From a virus, in IMG/VR virus record IMGVR_UViG_3300031251_000017, positions 2,336 to 66,335 of that record: a stretch of DNA of 64,000 nt, one strand, 5' to 3'. The number at the start of each line of letters is the position of its first letter. Position 1 is the stretch's first letter. The notes under the pieces were generated by a model. The model had not been told where the DNA came from, searched no databases, and saw nothing but the letters and a program-made list of their open reading frames with translations. Below are positions 38,538-45,961 of the stretch, piece after piece. Position numbers and translations under genes: made by a program.

Positions 38538-38648
38538 TCAATGAGCGGCTCGGATGACGATCTCGATCCCGAGCAATTTCGTCGCGGTGAAGACGACTAG
38601 AACCCATCCGAGGCCCTCGCCGACTCCCAAGTAAAAACTCTGTTTCAT
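38538..38648 (-). CDS. Possible 36-aa membrane peptide (not in ORF track)
   Basis: SD AAGGAG, then MKQSFYLGVGEGLGWVLVVFTATKLLGIEIVIRAAH*, translated by hand. Confidence 0.4.
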   Translation of the reverse strand: MKQSFYLGVGEGLGWVLVVFTATKLLGIEIVIRAAH

Positions 38649-38659
38649 CTCGGTCTCCT

Positions 38660-39121
38660 TTAAGTCTCGAAGCGCGCTTCTTGCGGGCCTCGCTCTTGGT
38701 CTTGATATTTCCCGGTGTAGGGTTGATCGGTCGGCTCATAGAGCAAATGGAAAACGATCTGCGCGATCGGCGAGCCGTCCGCGATCGTCAACGTCTCGGG
38801 GCCGTGGTTCGTCAATTCGAGGGTGAGGAATCCCTTCCATCCCGGCTCGATGATCGTGTTCTGAACCGCGAGACCTTGGCGCGCCCATGAACTCTTGTCG
38901 GCGACTTGGGCGAGCAAGAAGTCGGGCATCTTGAATTCCTCTAGCGTCGAGGCGAGCCGGAACTCGCCGCTGCGCAAGACGCGACCCTTGTCGATCCTCA
39001 CATCGTAACCTGCCGAGGAAAGCCCGAACGACATGCCGAAGGCTTTCCCACGCTCGACGAACGGCTTGATGAGGCGGTGGTTGATACAATGATCGCGGAT
39101 ATGTTGAGCCGGCAGGATCAT
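38660..39121 (-). CDS. dcd: dCTP deaminase / trimeric dUTPase family
   Basis: SFGLSSAGYDVR, KSSWARQG, IEPGWKGFLTLE, IAQIVF and YTGKYQDQ. Confidence 0.9.
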   Translation of the reverse strand: MILPAQHIRDHCINHRLIKPFVERGKAFGMSFGLSSAGYDVRIDKGRVLRSGEFRLASTLEEFKMPDFLLAQVADKSSWARQGLAVQNTIIEPGWKGFLTLELTNHGPETLTIADGSPIAQIVFHLLYEPTDQPYTGKYQDQERGPQEARFET

Positions 39122-39125
39122 CTGC

Positions 39126-39347
39126 TTATTCCTCCATGACCGTGGGAACGTCGCGCCATTCGAAGGTGTTCGAAACCAAGCAGCCGTGCTTGTAAATCTT
39201 GACATTGAAGCGGTGCTGCAGCCGCTTATCGATACGAACGTCGAATGGGTTCGGTCCGAAGACGCGAGAGGCAAGCCATCGGATTTCGTCGACTTCCTTC
39301 TCGACTCGCATGGTGCTCGTAGCGGGATCGAAATCTGTTGTCTTCAT
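39126..39347 (-). CDS. Hypothetical protein
   Basis: SD GAGG; ATGA overlap; RLQHRF...EWRDVPTV. Confidence 0.55.
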   Translation of the reverse strand: MKTTDFDPATSTMRVEKEVDEIRWLASRVFGPNPFDVRIDKRLQHRFNVKIYKHGCLVSNTFEWRDVPTVMEE

Positions 39348-39775
39348 TTGATGTCCTCGAAGATTGGACGGGGCGGGAGGGACTGCTTCTGAATCCGCGT
39401 CGGCTTCGCGCTCGTCTCGAAGCCGCGCGACTGTATCTTCGTCTTCGACTCGACGAGGCCGTGCGCCTTCTTCGCCATGCGATCGGCCTTCGCTTGCCGC
39501 TTGCGTTCGGCGGCGGTCTTTAGTTCGTGGGGGAGCCTCAAGACGGTGGCGAGGTTCGACTCTCGGTTCTCGCCCCCTTCTTCGAGCGGCTTGATGTGCT
39601 CCAAGTCGAAGGTCTGCCCGTCCGCGATCAAGATGCCGGTCAGGTAGCACTTCGACCCACCGCGTCGCAGGATGCGAAGGCGAACGGTCGGCGGCGGCTT
39701 TGAGTCGGGGTTCTTCCCGATCCATTCCTTGACGGCGCGCCCATGCGCTTTCTCGATCTTTGGTGCCTTCGTCAT
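39344..39775 (-). CDS. HNH endonuclease-like protein
   Basis: EWIGKNPD, KCYLTG, EHIKPLEEGGENRESNL and HELKT. Confidence 0.8.
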   Translation of the reverse strand: MTKAPKIEKAHGRAVKEWIGKNPDSKPPPTVRLRILRRGGSKCYLTGILIADGQTFDLEHIKPLEEGGENRESNLATVLRLPHELKTAAERKRQAKADRMAKKAHGLVESKTKIQSRGFETSAKPTRIQKQSLPPRPIFEDIK

Positions 39776-39803
39776 TCTCTGTTCGCGTCTATGGGTTGTC
39801 GGG

Positions 39804-39866
39804 TCGTTGCGTTGCGATGCGGCGCGGCGCGGTGCGCAGCGGAGCGCGGGGTTGCGCGGCGGTGGA
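39804..39866 (-). ncRNA. Pentamer-periodic array A (CGC+NN), putative guide RNA
   Basis: Sense (-): TCC ac CGC cg CGC aa CCC cg CGC tc CGC tg CGC ac CGC gc CGC gc CGC at CGC aa CGC aa CGA; intergenic. Confidence 0.7.
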
Positions 39867-39868
39867 AC

Positions 39869-40351
39869 CTATTTCCCAATCCTGCGGAAATCCTCGCGCG
39901 GATCGGGGTTGACCGTCTCGACATTCGCCACCAGACCCTTGTTGCTCTTGGGGCGAGGGTGGGAGGTCGATTCAAGAAGGCGGTAACGGGAAAGCTGCTC
40001 GGTGGCGGCGATCATGTCGTCGCGCGTCAGGTTTTGCGAAATGGCGATCTCTTGGACGCGCGCCTCGCGCCGGCTGATCCGACGAATTTTCTTGAACCCC
40101 TTCGGGGCGCGCTCAACCATGCTCCTGCCGTCGAGTCGCATGAAGCCGAAGCCGCGAACCCCGTCGATCACAACTCCGAAATCGCGCTCGGCGGCTTTCT
40201 TCGCGGATTGATAAGCAGGAAGATTGCTCGTCACTTTGAAGCCGACCGTATCGGAAGCGGCCTCGAAGCTCATGTTCGACATGACCGGCATCTGCCGGAA
40301 CAAGTTCACAAGGGCCTCGGTTTCCTTGCTCTGATTGAAAATCGGTTTCAT
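39869..40351 (-). CDS. Accessory protein between arrays (putative winged-helix)
   Basis: SD GGAG; helix-rich start then VIDGVRGFGFMRL wing-like hairpin; basic. Confidence 0.7.
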   Translation of the reverse strand: MKPIFNQSKETEALVNLFRQMPVMSNMSFEAASDTVGFKVTSNLPAYQSAKKAAERDFGVVIDGVRGFGFMRLDGRSMVERAPKGFKKIRRISRREARVQEIAISQNLTRDDMIAATEQLSRYRLLESTSHPRPKSNKGLVANVETVNPDPREDFRRIGK

Positions 40352-40371
40352 TGCTTTCTCCGTTGTCAGGT

Positions 40372-40441
40372 TCGTTGCGTTGCGTTGCGGTTCAGATCAC
40401 GGCGCTGCGAAGCGTTGCGTGGCGGAGCGGGGCGCGGCGTT
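40372..40441 (-). ncRNA. Pentamer-periodic array B (CGC+NN), putative guide RNA
   Basis: Sense (-): aa CGC cg CGC cc CGC tc CGC ca CGC aa CGC tt CGC ag CGC cg TGA tc TGA ac CGC aa CGC aa CGC aa CGA. Confidence 0.7.
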
Positions 40442-40515
40442 GATTTGGTGGTTCCCCACCGGGAAGCCGACCGTGATCGGCTCTCCGTTGGGGTGGGGAA
40501 GCCCGAAGGCTCCCC

Positions 40516-40580
40516 CCGTTGCGTTGCGTTGCGGTGCGAAGCGCCGCATAGCGCAGCGTCGCGGAGCGGTGCCGCGCGTC
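40516..40580 (-). ncRNA. Pentamer-periodic array C (CGC+NN), putative guide RNA
   Basis: Sense (-): ga CGC gc GGC ac CGC tc CGC ga CGC tg CGC ta TGC gg CGC tt CGC ac CGC aa CGC aa CGC aa CGG; begins right after the RAMP-like stop codon. Confidence 0.7.
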
Positions 40581-40581
40581 G

Positions 40582-41151
40582 TCATCCGTTCCCCCAAGTG
40601 AACTTGGTGGGGCGGAATCTCCCATTTCCGGCCGGGCTTTTCGTGATCGGGCGACCGCGCCCGACCCCGGCCAGCAGACCGGCTTGCTCGAAGAACCTCT
40701 CGAAGATTTCCTCGGGCAGCGTGTCGTTAAAAATCCGCATTTCGAGTTCGCCGCGCCAAGTCGGAACAATCGGGAAGAACCGAGTGACGCGGGAACCCGG
40801 CCCGCGCTTTCCGTTCGCGTGGGCGTAAATCTCGATAGCCTTCACCTCGTTGATATGGACGCCGAGGCTAACGTCGCTCATGGCGACGACGCCCGTCGCA
40901 AATTGGCCGGCCCAAGTCTGATTTCCCTTGCCCTTAATCTTCTCGTTCAAGAGAGATGCAGTTTCATCAAGCGCACATTTGAAGGCAACGCCGGGAATGA
41001 AGACGATTCCATTATCGTCAACGTGCGCCTTCTCTCTCCATCGGCGCTTCTCGTGGGCGTCTTCGTCCTCACCCTTTTGAAGCGCCTTAACGAAGTGCTT
41101 TGATGCGGAATAGGGGGTCATTCCTTCGATCTGGATGGTCACGGTTCTCAT
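40582..41151 (-). CDS. Stand-alone Cas7/RAMP-like RNA-binding protein
   Basis: RAMP-type pattern: N-terminal strand VTIQIEGMTPY, IPGVAFKCAL, W.GELEM strand and C-terminal Gly-rich loop AGLLAGVGRGRP...GNGRF. Confidence 0.75.
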   Translation of the reverse strand: MRTVTIQIEGMTPYSASKHFVKALQKGEDEDAHEKRRWREKAHVDDNGIVFIPGVAFKCALDETASLLNEKIKGKGNQTWAGQFATGVVAMSDVSLGVHINEVKAIEIYAHANGKRGPGSRVTRFFPIVPTWRGELEMRIFNDTLPEEIFERFFEQAGLLAGVGRGRPITKSPAGNGRFRPTKFTWGNG

Positions 41152-41176
41152 TTTCGTTTCCTTCTTGCGTTGAGGT

Positions 41177-41231
41177 TCGTTGCGTTGTGCGGCGAAGCGC
41201 GGCGTAGCGGGGTGTCGCGTGGCGAGGGGTT
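41177..41231 (-). ncRNA. Pentamer-periodic array D (CGC+NN), putative guide RNA
   Basis: Sense (-): aa CCC ct CGC ca CGC ga CAC cc CGC ta CGC cg CGC tt CGC cg CAC aa CGC aa CGA. Confidence 0.7.
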
Positions 41232-41232
41232 C

Positions 41233-41610
41233 TTATTCGACTTGCGCCGAAACCTTGGGGTGCTGCGACAGGAATCTCTCAAGGCGACCCCGCATATGGG
41301 CGGCTTCGTTGTGGGTGATCTTCCCGTCTTCCTTCCCTTCGAGATTAAACCGTGGCGCGCCCTCGATCGACGCCGGCTCGCAGTAGCGCGCGCCGTGCGT
41401 ATAATCGAGAAGCGCGACTCCGATCTCATAGGAACCGAGTTCCGGGATCGCGTGGGCGATGTCCTGCCCGATCCCGATCTTGAGCGGCTTCTTCATCTCC
41501 CCGGAGGGAACGAAGCAAGCCGGGAAGCGATCGACGAGGATCGCGCGAACGCGCGCGACCATCGCCTTGTTCGTCTTCGTCTTGAAGCTGTTGTGGGCTT
41601 GCTGCATCAC
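41233..41610 (-). CDS. proQ: ProQ/FinO-domain RNA chaperone
   Basis: RFPACF...KPLKIGIGQDI, ALLDYT...Y and GAPRFNLEG..G.IT..EA.H match the FinO/ProQ consensus. Confidence 0.85.
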   Translation of the reverse strand: MMQQAHNSFKTKTNKAMVARVRAILVDRFPACFVPSGEMKKPLKIGIGQDIAHAIPELGSYEIGVALLDYTHGARYCEPASIEGAPRFNLEGKEDGKITHNEAAHMRGRLERFLSQHPKVSAQVE

Positions 41611-42641
41611 TTCCCCCCGTTTACGGAGTCATAGCCGGAGAGCCAGCGGGCGGTTTGGTCTTCGTGCTTGCGGACTGGCAGCGGCACGTTCTTCCTCGAA
41701 GAACCTTGTCGCGCGGCCGTCGCGCCGTCCTCGAAGATAGGATCGGCCCCCGCCGGGTCCGCTACGCCCTTTGAGGCGTCGGCGGGGGCCTCGGACTGCG
41801 ACGACCCGCCAGCCGCGTCCTTCTCTTGCGCCGGCTCGTCGGCCAGCGCGTTCTTAACGACCGTGTGAGCCGCACCACTCGTCGGCTTGCCCGAGAAGAT
41901 TTCCTCGACGGTCGCCTCGCCATTCTTGATAGCCGAGAACATGCCGCGCAGGATCGGGATGTGGTCGAGGTTTATGTCGTCGTTACCGGCGACGCCGAGC
42001 GCGGCGAAGACTTGCTCGGGCTTAATGCCGAAGGCGGCAAACGCCGTGACCGCCTTCTCCCGGCGAACCGTGAGCGTCTGAACGTCTCCCGCGACGACCT
42101 TCCGCGCGGCTTCGTATGCTTGACGCCATACCGGCTTCGGGACACAGCCGAGGATCACGTTGCGCTTTGCGATAGCCATCGCAGCGTTGCCCGTCACGAT
42201 CCTCATGTCTTCGTTATAGAGCTTCCCATATTTGTCCGAGATACGGCGTGAGACTTGAACCGTCTGGCCGGAACCCGTTTCGAGATCGAGGAAGGAAGCC
42301 TCGGCGACGATCATCTTGTCCTCGATCCTCGTCTCGACGATCCGGGTCGACACGCGGCAATTCCCCCAACATTGGTGGATGATCTCGGCGAGCCGGATCG
42401 AGGGGCCGAGGATCGGCTTCCCGCCGCGCGGAAGCGCGAAGGAACACTCGGCGGCGGTTTCTTCGTCCATCGTCGCGAGGGTCAGGATCGCTCCGGTCGC
42501 GCGCTGTATCGAACGCGGATAACGCCGGGCGGTCTCGACTTGAATGTCGATCTCGGCTCGCGCGAGTCCGATCGCGAGCGGGAGAGAGTTCGGCGCGATC
42601 TGCTCGATCACCTCGCCGTCGTGCGTTACGATCTCATTCAT
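41607..42641 (-). CDS. Putative single-strand annealing/recombination protein
   Basis: AEIDIQVETARRYPRS and GPSIRLAE..CWGN; paired with the upstream exonuclease; acidic disordered tail. Confidence 0.6.
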   Translation of the reverse strand: MNEIVTHDGEVIEQIAPNSLPLAIGLARAEIDIQVETARRYPRSIQRATGAILTLATMDEETAAECSFALPRGGKPILGPSIRLAEIIHQCWGNCRVSTRIVETRIEDKMIVAEASFLDLETGSGQTVQVSRRISDKYGKLYNEDMRIVTGNAAMAIAKRNVILGCVPKPVWRQAYEAARKVVAGDVQTLTVRREKAVTAFAAFGIKPEQVFAALGVAGNDDINLDHIPILRGMFSAIKNGEATVEEIFSGKPTSGAAHTVVKNALADEPAQEKDAAGGSSQSEAPADASKGVADPAGADPIFEDGATAARQGSSRKNVPLPVRKHEDQTARWLSGYDSVNGGK

Positions 42642-42654
42642 TCGTTCGGTTCCT

Positions 42655-43620
42655 TTACTTGCGGAAAGCCCACGCGGGGATGTCGTTAATATCGAGTTCT
42701 TCGAGCGGGAGCGCCTCAACCCACGGCGTGTCGAGGCCGAACTTCTCGGAGAAGGCGAGCCAGTTCGCTTCGCCTTGTTCGATCACGGCGCGGCCGTGGT
42801 CGAAGATGCCGTTCTCGGGCGAGATTTGCGTCGCCCATGACAGGGGCGCGCTCTGTTTCTGAACGAAGACGAAGACGAAGGCGGCGGCGTCCTTTGCGGC
42901 AGCAGCGCGCAAGCGATCGACGGTCGTCGTGTCGCCATCTGGAAGACCGAAGACTTTCCCGGCTTCGACAAGCGCCGCCATCTGCCTCCAGCCGTCCATG
43001 TAATAGGCGGCTTGCACGAAATACTTGTAAGTGCCGATATGACGCCGGCAGAGTTCTACGAAGTCGATCCCGTCGCGGTTCGTTATCGACTTGAGATCGA
43101 CGCCAGCGATCGGCTTCAAGGCGTCAAAGCGGACCTTCTTCCGAATTCCGTTTTTCGGGTCGATCCAAAAGATCGAGACCTCTGTCCCGATAGTATTGTG
43201 GAAGGCGTCGCCATGTTCGGGATTCGATCGAACAAGCGAGCCGGCCTTCATGATTCGTTTATAGAACCGCCAGCGGATCGGAGTCTTTCCGGCTTCCTCG
43301 ATCGCCTTCCGCTCGGCCTTCCCTTCCTTGATATTTCCGGGGAGCATTGCGGGCGCATATAGCTTCTCGAAAAGTTCGCGCCCTTCGAGGATATTCTTGT
43401 GCATCGCCGTCCCGACGATCTTCGCTTCTTCCTTCTCACCTTCCTCGTCGTCGGGATCAGGGTTGAAGCGCGACTCCCACCACCAGTTCGGAGGGCAGAC
43501 GGCGAGCTTACGAATATCACTCGACCCGAGCGCCGGGTCGATGTGATAGCGATCTTCGGGCAGTCCGAAGTAAATTCCCGGCGCGAGCGGATTGGGCAGC
43601 TTTCTTTCTTCCTCGCTCAA
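42655..43620 (-). CDS. RecE/Exo VIII-like PD-(D/E)XK exonuclease (DUF3799-like)
   Basis: YH.DPALGSS, GTAMH, EVSIFW, KVRFD..VDLKS and Y.VQAAYY. Confidence 0.85.
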   Translation of the reverse strand: MSEEERKLPNPLAPGIYFGLPEDRYHIDPALGSSDIRKLAVCPPNWWWESRFNPDPDDEEGEKEEAKIVGTAMHKNILEGRELFEKLYAPAMLPGNIKEGKAERKAIEEAGKTPIRWRFYKRIMKAGSLVRSNPEHGDAFHNTIGTEVSIFWIDPKNGIRKKVRFDALKPIAGVDLKSITNRDGIDFVELCRRHIGTYKYFVQAAYYMDGWRQMAALVEAGKVFGLPDGDTTTVDRLRAAAAKDAAAFVFVFVQKQSAPLSWATQISPENGIFDHGRAVIEQGEANWLAFSEKFGLDTPWVEALPLEELDINDIPAWAFRK

Positions 43621-43934
43621 GAGCGCCTCCTGTGTCTATGGACGCGCCGGGTCGGCTCGTCTCCGTGTTCGGTGTCTTCTTCCGATTCCGGGATCGGCCA
43701 ATTCCAAGAGCGATCCGGTTCGGCCTTCGGCATTTCGAGCGAGCCGTTTACGAACGTCGACCGATCCGGCTCGCAAGCCGTCTCGACTTTCGTGCTTCCC
43801 GCCGCGAGAAGAATCCCTCCCGCGACAATGGCGCTAACCCCGATTATGATTCCGAGTTCGATCAACCCGCGCTTGTGGATTGCGAGAAAGTCGCGCGCGA
43901 TCTCGGCGCGCGAGGGGAGGTCGGGAAACTCCAT
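43617..43934 (-). CDS. Hypothetical membrane protein
   Basis: One TM segment; coupled to its neighbours. Confidence 0.5.
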   Translation of the reverse strand: MEFPDLPSRAEIARDFLAIHKRGLIELGIIIGVSAIVAGGILLAAGSTKVETACEPDRSTFVNGSLEMPKAEPDRSWNWPIPESEEDTEHGDEPTRRVHRHRRRS

Positions 43935-44158
43935 CACGCCGGTTCCTCCTGCATGATTGCGTTCCACGCCTCGACGCCGCGCTTGACGCGATCGGCTTGC
44001 TCGGGGCCGACCCACACCGAAACGTGGGAGACCTGTCCGGGATCGAGGGAGTCGTTCAAATAGACTCCGACCGATCCCCCTTCCTTTTCGATCGTCTTGA
44101 GCTTCGGAAGCCCGTCGAGCGCGAAGCAGAAGGAACCGTGGATAACCATTATAGCCAC
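43934..44158 (-). CDS. Hypothetical protein
   Basis: Packed ORF in the leftward operon. Confidence 0.5.
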   Translation of the reverse strand: MAIMVIHGSFCFALDGLPKLKTIEKEGGSVGVYLNDSLDPGQVSHVSVWVGPEQADRVKRGVEAWNAIMQEEPA

Positions 44159-44337
44159 CCCACGACGATGCCGATCGGCGGGAAGATTATCCCGACGAGG
44201 CGGAAAAGAATCTGCGCGGTGAATGGGCCTCCCATTGCGTTGTAGAGCGAAATGATGTTCAAGGCGTAGCCAGAACCGGCGAGGAAGAACATCGCGAAGG
44301 TTCCGAAGACGACAGCGGCGTCTTTAATCTTGCGCAT
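44149..44337 (-). CDS. Small membrane protein
   Basis: Two TM segments; RLVGIIFPPIGIVVGW. Confidence 0.55.
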   Translation of the reverse strand: MRKIKDAAVVFGTFAMFFLAGSGYALNIISLYNAMGGPFTAQILFRLVGIIFPPIGIVVGWL

Positions 44338-44347
44338 CGCGATCCCC

Positions 44348-44653
44348 TTAGTTCGCGAGAGAGAGGGCGAGGCGGATTCCCTCGACGACAAGGACGCAGA
44401 AGAAGAACGTCGCCCACGAAAGGTTCTTCTCGGCGCGCTTCTTCTCGGCGCGCGCTTCGGCGAGCGTCTCGATCGTCCTCTTGAGATAATACTCGGAGCT
44501 TCGCGCGTAGATTCCGGCGGCGCGGCACCATCCGGTTATCTCGCGATCCTTTTTCGCGATCAAAGCGGCGCGCTCGTCGTTATCGATGTCGCGCCCATTG
44601 TTATTGGCGCCGGAAACAATCGCGAGCGCCTTCTCGATCCAATTCTTCGTCAT
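44348..44653 (-). CDS. Hypothetical protein with C-terminal TM segment
   Basis: Packed ORF with SD-like AAGGG. Confidence 0.55.
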   Translation of the reverse strand: MTKNWIEKALAIVSGANNNGRDIDNDERAALIAKKDREITGWCRAAGIYARSSEYYLKRTIETLAEARAEKKRAEKNLSWATFFFCVLVVEGIRLALSLAN

Positions 44654-44747
44654 TGTCAGCCCTTAACTTGTGGGAGGATTAGAGGTCGCGCGGGGCCGGG
44701 ACAGGAGGAAACCGGCCCCGCGCTTTTCGCCGCTGGGAGTCGGCGAA

Positions 44748-44900
44748 TTAGGAAGGATCAGGCTCGCAATAGATCGGGCGGGGGTTCCCGCCCTGATCGA
44801 GATGCTTTGCGGAAGGAAGGACACCGCAACGTGCGCACTTACGGCGCCCGAGCTTGTCCCGTTTAATCTTCGCTTTTCCGCACTTCACGCACGAAGCCAT
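44748..44900 (-). CDS. 50-aa zinc-ribbon protein (not in ORF track)
   Basis: SD GGAG; MASCVKCGKAKIKRDKLGRRKCARCGVLP... has two CxxC motifs. Confidence 0.55.
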   Translation of the reverse strand: MASCVKCGKAKIKRDKLGRRKCARCGVLPSAKHLDQGGNPRPIYCEPDPS

Positions 44901-45084
44901 GATCGAATCTCCAAAGCCCGTTAAGAGGTCGAGACGCCGGCCTTTCCAACTCCCCTAGTCTCGACCCCTTCCCGGCTCGTCAGAGATCCATCTCTGACGA
45001 CATCCGAACGCGAATGCGTTCGGATGCGCTTGAACCCGTGGGAGTCCTGAAGGCTTAGGACGGGTCCAATGCAAGGGGGTTGAA

Positions 45085-45537
45085 CTAGAGTGGATCGAGG
45101 GCCGGCTCGATCGCCGGCTTCGACGATGCGGGAGCTTCGAGCTTGACGAGCTGCAATCCGTCGAGCATCGCTTCGTGGTGCTCGAAGATCGCGTCGCGCA
45201 TTGCCTTCTTCTTCTTCCGAATCTCGGCGGCTTTGATCGTCTCGATGGCCTCGCGCTCCATTTCGAGCAGGGCCTCGAAGTCGTGGCGCTCGACCTTGCC
45301 GATGATCCAAGCCATCTGCGTAGACGAGTCGAGATCAACGTCCTCGACAATCGCGGCGACTTTGACGACCGTCATCTTGTGGCGCGTATCGGTCGGAACG
45401 ATCACGAAGTCGTCGGGCTTGATCGTCTTGTCCATCGTCTTGAAGATCGTTCGCGTCGCGCGATCTCCTTCCTCGTAAGTGCAAGCGACGGCTCGCACGT
45501 CGTCGTTAATCAAGAACACAGCGGTCGAATAGTTCAT
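45085..45537 (-). CDS. Conserved phage hypothetical protein
   Basis: SD GGAG; MNYSTAVFLINDDVRAV...FKT.D...DDFVIVPT. Confidence 0.7.
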   Translation of the reverse strand: MNYSTAVFLINDDVRAVACTYEEGDRATRTIFKTMDKTIKPDDFVIVPTDTRHKMTVVKVAAIVEDVDLDSSTQMAWIIGKVERHDFEALLEMEREAIETIKAAEIRKKKKAMRDAIFEHHEAMLDGLQLVKLEAPASSKPAIEPALDPL

Positions 45538-45571
45538 CTTTCGTCTCCGAAGGTTTGGAGGTTAGAGGGAT

Positions 45572-45796
45572 TCAGCGGGTGAAGATCGAAGCCGTCTCGA
45601 CGCAATCGAGGATCGCGTTCGTGACGCCGTAGGAATCGCGCTCGGCTTTGGCGATCGAGATCACCTCGTCGAGATAGTCGGCAACGGCGGAGCCTCGGAA
45701 GCCGGCGGCGACGAGCGCAACAGCAACGGCCGAGGGATCGGAGAGGTCGACGCCGGAGGGAATCTTCGACGCCATATAGTGGGCGGTGGTGTCCAT
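45572..45796 (-). CDS. Hypothetical protein
   Basis: SD GAGG; packed ORF. Confidence 0.5.
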   Translation of the reverse strand: MDTTAHYMASKIPSGVDLSDPSAVAVALVAAGFRGSAVADYLDEVISIAKAERDSYGVTNAILDCVETASIFTR

Positions 45797-45961
45797 CAGA
45801 TCGTCCTCAGAAGTTCGTTGTAGAGATAGGCGGCGAGAAGCCCGGCGAAGACGCCGGCAATAGCGGCCATTGCGCAGTCGGCGATAAATTCAGCGTCCAT
45901 TGAAAAACCCCTTCCTTGGTCTCGGGGGAGCGCCCGGCGCGCTCGGCGCCGGGCAGTCCAA

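Noticed and set aside
29463-39121. DNA hypermodification pathway (kinase, dcd, phosphoesterase, GT)
   Set aside because: There is no phage DNA polymerase, thymidylate-synthase-like or queuosine/purZ gene; the GT context points to protein substrates.
39804-41231. Conventional CRISPR array or simple microsatellite
   Set aside because: There are no 23-47 nt repeats with spacers. The variation is confined mostly to 2 of 5 positions with the phase conserved, unlike slippage repeats.
39804-41231. Self-targets of the NN strings inside this window
   Set aside because: I spotted none by eye, but an exhaustive gapped search was not possible, so no claim is made either way.
39772-41429. ORFs crossing the arrays (39772-39975, 40392-40769, 40397-40597, 41148-41429 and + strand equivalents) with RNATQRN-like peptides
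   Set aside because: These are translations of a 5-nt-period repeat; they overlap better-supported genes and lack RBSs.
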